This document shows, piece by piece, positions 1 to 10,338 of a stretch of 64,000 nucleotides of DNA. The translations under genes were made by a program, and so were the position numbers. A model generated the notes under the pieces. That model was not told where the DNA came from, searched no databases, and was given only the letters and a program-made list of their open reading frames with translations. Within the stretch, counting starts at the first letter, position 1. Every line of letters begins with the position of its first letter. The stretch is from IMG/VR virus record IMGVR_UViG_3300035661_000001, positions 387,957 through 451,956 of that record; one strand, 5' to 3'.

Positions 1-1
1 C

Positions 2-499
2 GGTAATTTTCTTATTACTGCAGGTTCAGGAACAACACTTGATACCACAGTACTTGAATTAACTAATGGCGCAGCCAGTCCTATTGTTATAGTTGCTCAA
101 CAAACCACTGCTACAACTGGATATAATTTTAGTATTTTAGGATCTGATTCTTCTGCAGCCTTATCTACTGGTGGAACAATTAAACTTATTCCTGGAACGG
201 GAACAAGTTTTTTTGGCAACATAGCTTTTAATAGCGGTCCATCTTCAGCGGCTGGAACCGCTGGCGGCTCTAAAATAATTTGGATTGGGGATCGTTCTAC
301 AGCTCCAGGAACAAATCCTGCTGGTGGATTTATTTTCTATTCTGAATCCGGAGTAGCTAAAATTCGTTCTGCAGGAAATACAGTGACATTGGGTGACAAA
401 CCATCTGTCACTGGCTCTAAAGTTTCGGGCGCGGCACTAGCAAGCTTATTAACAGTTCTTGCCGCGGCAGGTTTAATTACTGATAACACTGTAGCGTAA
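2..499 (+). CDS. C-terminal part of a Gly/Ser/Thr-rich virion fibre-like protein (5'-truncated by window)
   Basis: Open frame +2 to TAA at 497-499; G/S/T/A-rich; ends ...PSVTGSKVSGAALASLLTVLAAAGLITDNTVA, resembling phage fibre C-termini. Confidence 0.55.
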   Translation, partial: GNFLITAGSGTTLDTTVLELTNGAASPIVIVAQQTTATTGYNFSILGSDSSAALSTGGTIKLIPGTGTSFFGNIAFNSGPSSAAGTAGGSKIIWIGDRSTAPGTNPAGGFIFYSESGVAKIRSAGNTVTLGDKPSVTGSKVSGAALASLLTVLAAAGLITDNTVA

Positions 500-539
500 A
501 ATCCTACTAATAATGATATATGTAATGTAGAAGTTTTTC

Positions 540-1289
540 ATGGAGAGAATACATTACATATATAAAATTACAAATCGAATAAACAATAAAGTTTACATAG
601 GACAAACAGTTTCTGTGAAACATAGATGGCAAGATCATAAGAGAGCGATGAAAAAACCTATTCAAATAATACATCATGCATTTGTAAAGTATGGATTGGA
701 TGCTTTTATATTTGAAGTAATTGCTACCTGTATTGGACAAGATGCGGCTAATGATACAGAAACATCCTGTGTATCACAAGAAAATTCATTAGTGCCAAAT
801 GGGTATAATGTAACTAATGGCGGTTATAACGCTCCAAAAACTCCAGAATGGATATCCTCTATGACTGGACCTAATAATCCTAATTACGGTAAACCAATAT
901 CAGAAGAACAAAAAAAGAAATGCCAGAAAACCATTAGTAATAGAGTTCTTTCAGATGAAGATAGAAAAAAATTGGGCGCTGCAAACGTAGGTAATACTTA
1001 TAGTTTGAGAAGAAAGGCTTCTGATGAAACCAAAAAGAAACTATCAGAATCTCACATGGGTCAAAAAGCTTGGAATAAAGGTATTCCAATGTCTGAAGAA
1101 GCTAAAGAAAAATCAAGATCTAAACCACGTCCTGGTTGGAATAAAGGTAAATCTATTTTTACCAAAGAGCAAATTGAAATAGCCATAAAAATGAGAGACG
1201 AAGGAAAATCATATAGTGAAATTGGTCTCATTATAGGTTGCAGCCGTCAACATATCACAACACTAATACTTAAAGGGAAACATAAATAA
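540..1289 (+). CDS. GIY-YIG homing endonuclease with NUMOD3-like repeats
   Basis: N-terminal YIYKITNRINNKVYIGQT..RW..H and NGYN; repeated SEETKKKLSESH/WNKG motifs; C-terminal HTH-like segment. Confidence 0.9.
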   Translation: MERIHYIYKITNRINNKVYIGQTVSVKHRWQDHKRAMKKPIQIIHHAFVKYGLDAFIFEVIATCIGQDAANDTETSCVSQENSLVPNGYNVTNGGYNAPKTPEWISSMTGPNNPNYGKPISEEQKKKCQKTISNRVLSDEDRKKLGAANVGNTYSLRRKASDETKKKLSESHMGQKAWNKGIPMSEEAKEKSRSKPRPGWNKGKSIFTKEQIEIAIKMRDEGKSYSEIGLIIGCSRQHITTLILKGKHK

Positions 1290-1774
1290 TGAGACACATG
1301 GATATTTTAGCTGATCATTTCGAATATAGATTAAAAAAAGAAGCTCAAGCTGCTAAAGAAGTAGATAGTACTAGCGTTACTTTGGCTGTTAGACCAAACG
1401 TTAATGCAATTATTTCTCAAAATCCTACATTGGCAAATCTTGTACAAAATATTGCTAATAAAATTGTAGCAACTAATCCTAGTTTAAGAGGAGATTTGGC
1501 AATCAATTCTTTTATTGTTAATGCTAATTTAGTTGGCGGAAAATGGAAGATCAATCCAGCTACGAGCGGATTTAAAATTACCGGATCGTTAATGAAAGAT
1601 AAAGCCGTACCAACGATTGTTAAAAATACGTTATCATCATTGAATGCAAAAATTTTCGCTAAATTGGAACAAGAATTTAATAGACAATCATCTATGGATA
1701 AAGAAGGTTGGGCTGGAACAACGATCACAAATCATGAATCAGAAATTAGTGGTAACGATTTTCAATTAAATTGA
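1289..1774 (+). CDS. hypothetical protein
   Basis: 161 aa ORF overlapping the upstream stop codon. Confidence 0.7.
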   Translation: MRHMDILADHFEYRLKKEAQAAKEVDSTSVTLAVRPNVNAIISQNPTLANLVQNIANKIVATNPSLRGDLAINSFIVNANLVGGKWKINPATSGFKITGSLMKDKAVPTIVKNTLSSLNAKIFAKLEQEFNRQSSMDKEGWAGTTITNHESEISGNDFQLN

Positions 1775-1787
1775 ATAATCTTGTCAG

Positions 1788-1835
1788 CCCTACGATATAA
1801 TATGGATGTAATATCTAATATATCGTAGGGTTTTT
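1788..1835 (+). terminator. inverted repeat / terminator-like element
   Basis: CCCTACGATATA...TATATCGTAGGG followed by TTTTT. Confidence 0.5.
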
Positions 1836-1837
1836 GT

Positions 1838-3046
1838 ATGAGTAATTTTGATATCGGTATCATCGGCGCTGGAGTAGCTGGAGCATTTGCTACCTTAAAG
1901 ATAGCTAAAGATTATAAAAATGCTAAAGCTATTGTTTTTGATTTAGGAAGACCGCCTATGAAAAGGCGTCGTCAACTAGAAGGTTGGCTTGGATGCCTAC
2001 CCAATAGTGATGGCAAATTGTACCTTAGCAACCTCGATAAGGTTGCCGAAGTTACAGGATTAAGAAAAGCTAAATCAGCTAACACTTGGATAAACAATGT
2101 GTTATCAAATATTGGATCATTCAAAACTGTTATCGATAAATCTCCATTAGTTTCAATGGAGAAAAAGATTAAAAAAAATGGTTATGATCTTTTTTTGAAT
2201 GATTACACGCAAATATATCCTAAAGATATACATGCTTTATCTAAACACATGGCTGAAACTATAGAGAATGCCGGTAACGTTACTTTTAATTTTGACAATG
2301 AAGTAAAAAAAGTCTACAAACAAAAAAATATGTTTGTAGTTGTAACAGATAGCGGCGAATTTAAATGCAAAAAACTTATCGTAGCAGTTGGTAGAAGCGG
2401 TTGGAGATGGTGTCAATCATTATATTCTGATTTTGGAATCATAGATAATAATGATGTTGCCAAATATGGTATTAGAATAGAATTAAACGCTTCTTACATG
2501 AAAGATTTTAATAAATCTAATTGCACACTTATAAAAAATGATATTGAGATAGGACCTTTAAGTTGGTTTGGAACAGTTATTCCAGAAGATCATATTGATA
2601 TGGCAATTTCATCTTTTAGATCAAATGAAAATCGTTGGAAAACTGATAAAGTATCTTTTAATTTAATAGGTAGCAGAGTGTTTCCTAATAAAGGTTTTGA
2701 ACAAACTGATAGGTTAGGAAAATTAACATTTATTCTATCTAACGATCGTATCATCAAAGAAAAAGTGTCATTGCTTTTATCTGATAAAAGCAAAATATCT
2801 ATTATTCCCGAATACGATTGGTTAAAAGATCCTATTAAAGATTTTTCTACAGTTCTACCAGAAATCATGACAAAAGCTTATTTTCATGTACCAACAATTA
2901 TCCCAATGATTCCTAAGATCAATATTGGCTCCGATTTATCTACTGAAATTGATGGTATGTTCGTTGCTGGAGAAAGCGCAGGAATTACTGGTATATTATC
3001 AGCAGCAACTACAGGCGCCATCGCCGTAGATAGTATCTGCAAATGA
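1838..3046 (+). CDS. FAD-dependent oxidoreductase
   Basis: IGIIGAGVAG Rossmann motif, LIVAVGRSG, C-terminal GMFVAGESAG.TGI..AA. Confidence 0.85.
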   Translation: MSNFDIGIIGAGVAGAFATLKIAKDYKNAKAIVFDLGRPPMKRRRQLEGWLGCLPNSDGKLYLSNLDKVAEVTGLRKAKSANTWINNVLSNIGSFKTVIDKSPLVSMEKKIKKNGYDLFLNDYTQIYPKDIHALSKHMAETIENAGNVTFNFDNEVKKVYKQKNMFVVVTDSGEFKCKKLIVAVGRSGWRWCQSLYSDFGIIDNNDVAKYGIRIELNASYMKDFNKSNCTLIKNDIEIGPLSWFGTVIPEDHIDMAISSFRSNENRWKTDKVSFNLIGSRVFPNKGFEQTDRLGKLTFILSNDRIIKEKVSLLLSDKSKISIIPEYDWLKDPIKDFSTVLPEIMTKAYFHVPTIIPMIPKINIGSDLSTEIDGMFVAGESAGITGILSAATTGAIAVDSICK

Positions 3047-3052
3047 GGAATT

Positions 3053-3427
3053 ATGACGGACACTTCTAAATATTGTAATACAACAGTCATCGTAGAACGA
3101 CCACAAACAGCTGTTTTTGATGAATTTAAAGATCCACCAACAAAACATAATCTAAGTAAATTTGAATATGATTTATATCATGAAGAAGATGATAAAGTTG
3201 AAAAAATCATTAGGATCAAAAGAGTTTCCATGCCCAACAAAGGTGAAAAATGGAAAATTTTTGAAAACAATACAGTAATGTTTATAGTTGAAAGCGAAAA
3301 GTTAACTAATAAAGAAAAAGATTTTTTATACTCCGTTGAAGGTGTGAATTTTTTACTTTCACAGTATAAACTTGGAATTAAATCTCTTAGCTCTTTAAAA
3401 GCAGAAATTAAGAAAAAAATTAAATAA
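3053..3427 (+). CDS. hypothetical protein
   Basis: 124 aa ORF with GAGG RBS. Confidence 0.7.
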   Translation: MTDTSKYCNTTVIVERPQTAVFDEFKDPPTKHNLSKFEYDLYHEEDDKVEKIIRIKRVSMPNKGEKWKIFENNTVMFIVESEKLTNKEKDFLYSVEGVNFLLSQYKLGIKSLSSLKAEIKKKIK

Positions 3428-3486
3428 TAGGCTGCTTGACTGTCGCAAAACTATGATTATATTGCTTGTCATTAAGGCAAACAACT

Positions 3487-4083
3487 ATGGAATATGTCAT
3501 ATATTTAACCGACACGGAAACCACTGGATTAGATAGTCATACTCATGACATAATAGAATTATCTATGTATAGATTGAGCGATGATGTTCAAAAAACTTGG
3601 TTCCTTAAACCTTTAAATGCTGATGCCGCTGAACAAGGCGCTCTTAGAATAAATGGTCATAAAATAGAGGATTTAAAACTAGAAACCAAATATGGTAGAG
3701 ATACGTATAAAGATCCTGCTAAAACTATTATTGAAATAGAAAATTGGATTGAAGAAGATGGCGTTCCGTCCGAACGTCGAATCATATGTGGACACAATAT
3801 TCATTTTGATAAAATGATGTTGGAACAACTTTGGATTAAATGCAAATCATCTGATTCTTATCCATTGAGTCGTCGTAGAATGCTGGATACAATGCAAATT
3901 GAATTCTTTTTAGATATGTGCAAAGGATCTATGGCAGAAGGATATAGTTTGAGCAATTTAGTAAAAAAATATGGAGTTAAGAACGAAAAAGCTCACTCTG
4001 CATTTGCTGATACTAAAGCAACTAAAGAAGTATTTGTTAAACAAGTAGAAATTTTTAAAAAGATACTAGAGGCTAATAAATGA
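3487..4083 (+). CDS. DEDDh 3'-5' exonuclease (DnaQ-like)
   Basis: DTETTGLD, GHNIHFD, LDT and HSAFAD motifs. Confidence 0.9.
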   Translation: MEYVIYLTDTETTGLDSHTHDIIELSMYRLSDDVQKTWFLKPLNADAAEQGALRINGHKIEDLKLETKYGRDTYKDPAKTIIEIENWIEEDGVPSERRIICGHNIHFDKMMLEQLWIKCKSSDSYPLSRRRMLDTMQIEFFLDMCKGSMAEGYSLSNLVKKYGVKNEKAHSAFADTKATKEVFVKQVEIFKKILEANK

Positions 4084-4244
4084 ATAATTGCAACATTGAT
4101 AATCTTCCTTGTGAGTGGACAAATGAAGAAGATGAATTTGGAAATTTATTTGTACTAGCAGAATCATGGAATTACACTTGTAAAAAATGTAAAAATCATA
4201 TTGATTATTCTTCAGAGGAATATAAAAAACTTATAAATTGTTGA
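4080..4244 (+). CDS. small Cys-containing hypothetical protein
   Basis: 54 aa ORF with ATGA overlap (MNNCNIDNLPC...CKKC...) filling the gap. Confidence 0.5.
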   Translation: MNNCNIDNLPCEWTNEEDEFGNLFVLAESWNYTCKKCKNHIDYSSEEYKKLINC

Positions 4245-4254
4245 ATAAAATAAT

Positions 4255-4728
4255 ATGGCTGATTTTAATAAAAGATTTACTTCAAAAAAACAAGAGTGGA
4301 CAACTCCAAGTTGTATTTTTGATAAATTAAATGAGGAATTTAATTTTACGTTAGATTTGGCAGCAGATAAATTTAATACTAAATGTGTTAAATTTTATGA
4401 TGAAGATTCAAATAGTTTGATTCAAAAATGGACTGGTGTATGTTGGTTAAATCCTCCATATGGTAATAGCAAATATAAATTATTAGATTTTATCAAAAAA
4501 TCACATTTATCTTCTCAAGAAGATAAATGTGTTGTAGTAGCATTAATATCAGCTAGAACAAATACTAAATGGTGGCATGAATACTGCATGAAAGCTGCAG
4601 AAATAAGATTTATTTGCGGTAGACCAAAATTTGGAAACGCGGATTACGGATTACCATTACCATTAGCTATTGTAATTTTCAAAAAACATGATATTGATAC
4701 TATTTTTTCTTCATTTTATGTGAAATAA
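4255..4728 (+). CDS. phage DNA N6-adenine methyltransferase (Dam family)
   Basis: EWTTP, FTLDLAA, WLNPPY, ARTNTKWWH and IRFICGR motifs. Confidence 0.9.
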   Translation: MADFNKRFTSKKQEWTTPSCIFDKLNEEFNFTLDLAADKFNTKCVKFYDEDSNSLIQKWTGVCWLNPPYGNSKYKLLDFIKKSHLSSQEDKCVVVALISARTNTKWWHEYCMKAAEIRFICGRPKFGNADYGLPLPLAIVIFKKHDIDTIFSSFYVK

Positions 4729-4733
4729 CAAAA

Positions 4734-5732
4734 ATGCCAGGTTTGAAAATATTATATGCAGCTAGCAACAATGAAAATTCTAAGTTAACACTACAAAGAT
4801 TTCTTCAAGTTGCTAAAAGCAAACCATATAATATCAAAATTGCTGCTTACAAAAAATCAAGCCCTAATGTTAACATTGATTGGACCTTAGATGCTTGTTT
4901 AAATTTGTATCGACCAGAAAACTGGTCAGTAGAACAGAATGATAATTTTTTAACATATTTCGAACAAATTAAATATTATGCTCCAGATCTCATTATTAGT
5001 GATCTGGAGTATTTTACTTCGTACGCCGGACATGTGTTAAACATTCCTGTTTGGCAATGTAGTTCTTCTTTAATCAATTACGCATTGGTTAAAGAAGAGA
5101 AATATGATTTAGGAATATTTAAAAACTATTCATTTGTTACAAATAAAAAATCCCCGTATAATCAAAAATTAATTAATATAATCGATAATTCTGAGAAGAA
5201 TTACGTGTACTCCCATTTTGGAGATATGGCTTTTTCTCCCACTTTAAAAGATAATTTTGAATGGGTAAGACCTTATCATCAAGTTGGGAAATTTTCTATT
5301 CCATGCAAGCACAATATTGTTGCAAGCCTATTATCTAACAACAAAAAAATATTCTCTATTCTACAGAAATATTCTGATACGGTTGTATTTTCAGAATTTA
5401 CGGATGAAACATACCGTAATATAAAAATGAAAAATATGATTTCCCAAGAAGAATATTATTGTAATTTATTTAACTCAAGATTGTTCGTTTGTGAAGGTCA
5501 AGCTAATTTACTTGCTGATGCCTTTTACAATCACAAATATTCTGTTGTCATTCCTAATTTTTCTACACCTGAGAGCGTGATCAATATGATCATTTCAGAG
5601 AAAAAAGGATACTGTTCTTGTGTATATGATGAAAGTATTGAATTAGAACAATATTCCGATTTTCATATCGATAGCCCTTATAATGATAAGGTTAATTTTC
5701 TACATGAAAAAATAGACGAATTTTATTCATGA
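4734..5732 (+). CDS. glycosyltransferase-like protein (GT-B type)
   Basis: MKILYA start, PDLIISDLE motif, G..LADA.Y..K..VVIP C-terminal pattern. Confidence 0.55.
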   Translation: MPGLKILYAASNNENSKLTLQRFLQVAKSKPYNIKIAAYKKSSPNVNIDWTLDACLNLYRPENWSVEQNDNFLTYFEQIKYYAPDLIISDLEYFTSYAGHVLNIPVWQCSSSLINYALVKEEKYDLGIFKNYSFVTNKKSPYNQKLINIIDNSEKNYVYSHFGDMAFSPTLKDNFEWVRPYHQVGKFSIPCKHNIVASLLSNNKKIFSILQKYSDTVVFSEFTDETYRNIKMKNMISQEEYYCNLFNSRLFVCEGQANLLADAFYNHKYSVVIPNFSTPESVINMIISEKKGYCSCVYDESIELEQYSDFHIDSPYNDKVNFLHEKIDEFYS

Positions 5733-5775
5733 CCCGATATATCTATTTTCGTGGAGTTTATAATTAAGGATTAAT

Positions 5776-6261
5776 ATGACGACTCAGGAAACCGCAAATA
5801 GATTTCAACAACAAGGTAAAATGAAGGTTATTAAAGGCAGCATTCTGGCTCCTGAAAATGCCGGACTTAGATTCGTATTGTCAATTAACAATTTATCAGG
5901 TAAAACTGATAGCCCATTATTTGGTATATTTGATAGAAAATGGCGTCGAGTTAGAGAAGATGCTAAAGGATGGTTTAATACTCGTACTGGCGCCTATAAA
6001 TTAGGAGCCGTTAACACGACTGCTGTCCAAAGTGACACCTGGGTAATCCATATGTTGTGTCAAGATGAAAAATTCTCTACAGATCTAAAAGGTCTTGAAG
6101 ATTGTTTGAAAAAAGTTTGCCAAATGGCTAAATATGAAAAAAGCACAGTTCATGTTTCTGGCTTGCTAGTTGAGGCTATACCTGAACTAACAGAAATTCT
6201 CTCTAAGCAATTAGTAGAACAAGGTGTAAATGTTTATTTCTACGAGGAGCAATCTAGATAA
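5776..6261 (+). CDS. Macro-domain-like protein
   Basis: KVIKGSIL start, YKLGAV...WVIHMLCQ, LEDCLKKV; size and pattern typical of phage Macro/Poa1p-like proteins. Confidence 0.55.
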   Translation: MTTQETANRFQQQGKMKVIKGSILAPENAGLRFVLSINNLSGKTDSPLFGIFDRKWRRVREDAKGWFNTRTGAYKLGAVNTTAVQSDTWVIHMLCQDEKFSTDLKGLEDCLKKVCQMAKYEKSTVHVSGLLVEAIPELTEILSKQLVEQGVNVYFYEEQSR

Positions 6262-6279
6262 TATTTAAGCATCTTCTTT

Positions 6280-6666
6280 ATGGCGAAACTAAACCCGGGC
6301 GATACGATCTTGTGTCGCTTAAAAGAAGATGCTGTTGTAAATCCATACAATTCTGATTTTGACAGTGTTAAATCTTTTGATATTATTGCTGTAGATAGCT
6401 TAGGTTATTATCTTTTTATTCCGCCTTATACTTTCATAAAAGGAAGTGTAACGGCGGATTTATTTTTTATTAAACAAGTAAAATTAGATAAAAAATTCCT
6501 GGGAGACAGTATTCTATATATTGGCGAAGGCTATGTATATAAAATCAAGAGTCAGATTGATGGTTGCGCCTGCGTGACCTGCAAAAATTTTTACCATCAA
6601 GCTGTACCAAATCAAGAAAATGGATCCCTTATTTGCTGGAGCTGCCGCTCTGATAAACATAGGTGA
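6280..6666 (+). CDS. hypothetical protein with C-terminal zinc-finger (CxxC...CxxC)
   Basis: CVTC and CWSC motifs. Confidence 0.65.
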   Translation: MAKLNPGDTILCRLKEDAVVNPYNSDFDSVKSFDIIAVDSLGYYLFIPPYTFIKGSVTADLFFIKQVKLDKKFLGDSILYIGEGYVYKIKSQIDGCACVTCKNFYHQAVPNQENGSLICWSCRSDKHR

Positions 6667-6689
6667 TACCGATAAATAGATATTAAATT

Positions 6690-7382
6690 ATGAAATCTTT
6701 TGCCTTTACCGATAACTTAGATCAATTGCTCGAAGGGGTTATACACAGCCTAACCGGCAACCAGCCCTCTTTGGACCCCAATGAATCTTATAAATTGCTG
6801 GAAGAGTCGCCCGGTGCTAGTACCAGTTCGTTCGGCAGCCAAGTTTTATCAAATGCTCAGGCGGATCTTGGGGTGCATGAGGATTTAGGCAAAAATGATG
6901 GTAAGAGAATTCGTGAATATTTCAAATATTTTAATATGGGCGGGGGACAAGATTGGTGCGCAGCCGCGGTATCGGCTTGGATGAAAGAAGCTGGTGGCGG
7001 ACCAATACAAGGAGCAGTTGGCGCAAGAAATATAGCCGGACAATTTGACCAGGCTGGTAAGTGGATTCCCAAAAACAAAATTACTCCACAGGTAATGATC
7101 CCAGGGAACATCGTCGTGTGGAGTAGAGGTGGACCTGACTCTTGGAAAGGTCATATTGGAGTTTTAGAATCTTTTGATGGTCGCGGAGGATTCACTTCTA
7201 TTGAAGCTAATTCTGGACCTAAATCAGATTCAGTAGTGAGGAATAGTCATTCTATTAGTGATGGTAATTTATTGGGAATAGGTATCTTATCAGGATATAC
7301 TCCTACCTCCAAAATTGCAGCCGTCATTAGAATTGAAAATCTTACAAATATATATTACCAAAATGCTTTAAGATTCAAATAA
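6690..7382 (+). CDS. CHAP-domain peptidoglycan hydrolase
   Basis: WCAAAVS (catalytic Cys), PGNIVVW, GHIGV (His), IEAN. Confidence 0.85.
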   Translation: MKSFAFTDNLDQLLEGVIHSLTGNQPSLDPNESYKLLEESPGASTSSFGSQVLSNAQADLGVHEDLGKNDGKRIREYFKYFNMGGGQDWCAAAVSAWMKEAGGGPIQGAVGARNIAGQFDQAGKWIPKNKITPQVMIPGNIVVWSRGGPDSWKGHIGVLESFDGRGGFTSIEANSGPKSDSVVRNSHSISDGNLLGIGILSGYTPTSKIAAVIRIENLTNIYYQNALRFK

Positions 7383-7801
7383 CGATCCAACAGTTTTTGT
7401 AATTTTTTGTTTTGGTAATTTGTATAAAGAGATTCTTTCGGTAACCAGGCACCGACCTCTAGCATATCCTCATTTGATATAACACTAATATCTCTTGTAC
7501 AAATGATAACATTGAATTTTTTCAAAGCTTCAAATTCAATGTTATCATTTTCAATGGCAAAATTAATCATTGGTTCTACATTAAATCCAAACCATTTTTC
7601 AAAATCTTTTTTATATATTTGAACTCCGGGAAGAGTAACTTTATCAGTTGATAAAGCTGCTCTCTTGTATGATTTATTATTTGAATCCCATACACATCCA
7701 GTATTTAATATAGGGTGCTTATCATCATAAACAGAAAAGATTTTTTTATTCTTGATGTAGAACGTAAAACCATGTTTTACATTTATTTGAAATACTTTCA
7801 T
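7355..7801 (-). CDS. hypothetical protein with C-terminal KAFW tag
   Basis: 148 aa ORF ending LNLKAFW. Confidence 0.7.
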   Translation of the reverse strand: MKVFQINVKHGFTFYIKNKKIFSVYDDKHPILNTGCVWDSNNKSYKRAALSTDKVTLPGVQIYKKDFEKWFGFNVEPMINFAIENDNIEFEALKKFNVIICTRDISVISNEDMLEVGAWLPKESLYTNYQNKKLQKLLDRYLNLKAFW

Positions 7802-7804
7802 TAT

Positions 7805-8452
7805 TCAGATAATTTTATCTTTAGTCCAACCAAATGCATTTAAAGATAAATCAAACTGTCCAGTTTCAGATACTGATTTTAACATCTTCTGAGCAATTTG
7901 ACAAATTTCTAGTTGAGCATGAGCGGGATCATTTCTTAAACCTTGAAAGTGCATAAAAGATCTAAAATTAAACATAACGTCAGAAGTTATTTGATTTGCA
8001 TATGGAAGATAAAATCTGGCACTTTCCTTGGCTCTTTTTTTATCCATACCATTTTCCACCAAACGTTTTAAACATTCATGGTATTTTTGTACAGATGTCT
8101 CACAGTGATCAATTAATAATTTCTGCTCCTCTGTGATCCAATCTTCTGGAATATAATATTTATCATCTTTAAGCTCTTTATAACGAGCTGATTCTGCATT
8201 TATAGATACGCCAACTCTGTGTTTTAATAAATGTACATGAGCGCTCATTTCTGTAGTTACTAGGAAATGTAAACTAGATTTTTCAAATGGAGTATGATGA
8301 CCAGCAGTAGCTAATGAATTTAATAATTTATTCATTCGACTTCTTTTATCTTCAGTTAGGTCTCTACTTGTAGATGTCCATGCAGATAGAGCATGTGTTT
8401 CATCAGAGCCGTAAATTCCAACAAGTTCTATTTTATTCGCGTGTTCTTCCAT
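7805..8452 (-). CDS. thyX: FAD-dependent thymidylate synthase
   Basis: GHHTPFE, KHR...SINAESARY, ESARFYLP and HAQLEI motifs. Confidence 0.92.
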   Translation of the reverse strand: MEEHANKIELVGIYGSDETHALSAWTSTSRDLTEDKRSRMNKLLNSLATAGHHTPFEKSSLHFLVTTEMSAHVHLLKHRVGVSINAESARYKELKDDKYYIPEDWITEEQKLLIDHCETSVQKYHECLKRLVENGMDKKRAKESARFYLPYANQITSDVMFNFRSFMHFQGLRNDPAHAQLEICQIAQKMLKSVSETGQFDLSLNAFGWTKDKII

Positions 8453-8475
8453 TATAATTCCTTATTTTTCAATTA

Positions 8476-9507
8476 TTACACAATTACATCATGTGCATGA
8501 GATTCTCTCAGTCCTGCGCCCGTCATTCTCAAGAATTGCGGATTTGATTTTAAATCATTCAGATTATCTACGCCTTGATATGAACAACCAGATTTAATAC
8601 CATCAATAATCTTAGTTAAAATCAAATTAAAACTCTCTTTAGCTGGGACTATTGAGACTACTCCCTCTATATGAGAGGTTTTATGGGTAGAGCTGCCTGC
8701 GTATTCTTTAAATCTTTTTCCGTTAATGCTTTTAATTTCTCCAGGTGTCTCTTCGCAGCCAGCAAAAATATTGCCTATCATCATCAAATTAGCAAAACAT
8801 AATCCTTTGACACAATCTCCAGCAGATTTTGCCCCACCGTCTGAAATTAATAATAAATCACGAGTAACACCTTCGTCAAGCAATCTACGACGACCTTTAT
8901 CAGCCTCTACTATAGAAGTAAATTGTGGTACACCATTGCCGGTTTCAATCCTAGTAAGACAAATACTACCACCACCAATACCATTTTTAACTATGTCAGC
9001 TCCGGCTTTCCATAATTCATAAGATCCGATATCAGTAGCTGTATTACCAGCGATTAATAATATGTTAGGATAAGTTTTTGAAATCCATTCACACATTTCA
9101 ATACACATAGCCGAATGACCATGTGCCACATCAATGCACAATATTCTAGCCCCAAATGAAACTAATGTATCTATTATTTCAATATCTTCTTTTTTTACAC
9201 CAACAGAAAATCCAATATGATTCCAAACATTTGATCCAAATTCTTCTTCTAAAGATTTGACAATATTTATTTGATCTTCTAATGGCATGAATCTGTGGAC
9301 TATGCATAGTCCGCCAGACAAATAAATAGTTTTAGCCATATCAAAACCGATCAAAGATTTCATATTTGAAACTATAATCGGGTGTTTAAGAACTGTATCG
9401 AGTTTAGGTAACTTAACTGTTGTTTTTACTAAACTCCTCGATGGTATTTTACTGTATTTTGGCACAAGTAAAACATCATCAAAACATAAACCGTCATTTA
9501 TAATCAT
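8476..9507 (-). CDS. IMP dehydrogenase / GMP reductase family protein (no CBS domain)
   Basis: FDDVLLVP, IDVAHGHS, GIGGGSICLTR (catalytic Cys), SDGG, ESHAHDV. Confidence 0.9.
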   Translation of the reverse strand: MIINDGLCFDDVLLVPKYSKIPSRSLVKTTVKLPKLDTVLKHPIIVSNMKSLIGFDMAKTIYLSGGLCIVHRFMPLEDQINIVKSLEEEFGSNVWNHIGFSVGVKKEDIEIIDTLVSFGARILCIDVAHGHSAMCIEMCEWISKTYPNILLIAGNTATDIGSYELWKAGADIVKNGIGGGSICLTRIETGNGVPQFTSIVEADKGRRRLLDEGVTRDLLLISDGGAKSAGDCVKGLCFANLMMIGNIFAGCEETPGEIKSINGKRFKEYAGSSTHKTSHIEGVVSIVPAKESFNLILTKIIDGIKSGCSYQGVDNLNDLKSNPQFLRMTGAGLRESHAHDVIV

Positions 9508-9615
9508 TTATTTGCTCCATGCTGCTAAGCAGGCATACTTATATCCGCACTAGCTTAAAACTTTTACTTTTTCTGTCAACACGTTTAAAATATAAATAAT
9601 TATAAGTGGAGAAAT

Positions 9616-10335
9616 ATGGACGCCCAATCATGGTTAAATTCATTGCCTAATAATCCTGGACCAGCCCGTGATCAAGCTGTACTAGATGCTATTTCTGGAG
9701 GAATAGTTGTATGCAATTGGTCTCCAATAACTTCAACTATCGCTGGTCATACTGCTATTTTTCAAGTTTGTGAGGATGCAGCTTACATAGAGCTACCTGA
9801 TTCTTCTAGATTTAGATTTCAGGTTTCTGCCACTCTTGCCCAAAAATGTGCAGATTTATTATCTGCCTCTTTCATCACATCAAAAATTAGTGATTTGGCT
9901 TATAAACAAGCACAAGTAGTTGTCGGTGTCTCTACATTATCTCCTGATCCAGACATGGTAACCACTGACAAATCTAAAAAATGGAATACAGCGGTTGAAA
10001 ATAAACGTGCCAGTAGAACTGGATTATTTAGAGATTGTGGAAAGGCATGGATATTGAGCAATAGATTATCTACCCCTGTCAGTGCTGTCAATTATGGATT
10101 TTATGATAAATCTGCACCATATGTTAGCCAAGGCGGATTAAAAATGTGGCAAACAGTTGGTACAAGACATGATAGATCTCATACAGATTATTCACAAACT
10201 CTTATATTAATGAGTAGTTCCTGTGAAGTCGATGGTCAATCTGTTAATGTAATTGATGTAATGAAAGATCCTAAGCTATCTTCTCTATTAAGTTATGAGG
10301 GAGTTTTACGTTTCACGCGCCAACCCGGAGTATAA
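9616..10335 (+). CDS. uncharacterised protein, paralog of downstream gene
   Basis: PGPARD/AQKCAD/H.DYSQ pattern shared with 10339..11247. Confidence 0.7.
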   Translation: MDAQSWLNSLPNNPGPARDQAVLDAISGGIVVCNWSPITSTIAGHTAIFQVCEDAAYIELPDSSRFRFQVSATLAQKCADLLSASFITSKISDLAYKQAQVVVGVSTLSPDPDMVTTDKSKKWNTAVENKRASRTGLFRDCGKAWILSNRLSTPVSAVNYGFYDKSAPYVSQGGLKMWQTVGTRHDRSHTDYSQTLILMSSSCEVDGQSVNVIDVMKDPKLSSLLSYEGVLRFTRQPGV

Positions 10336-10338
10336 CAA

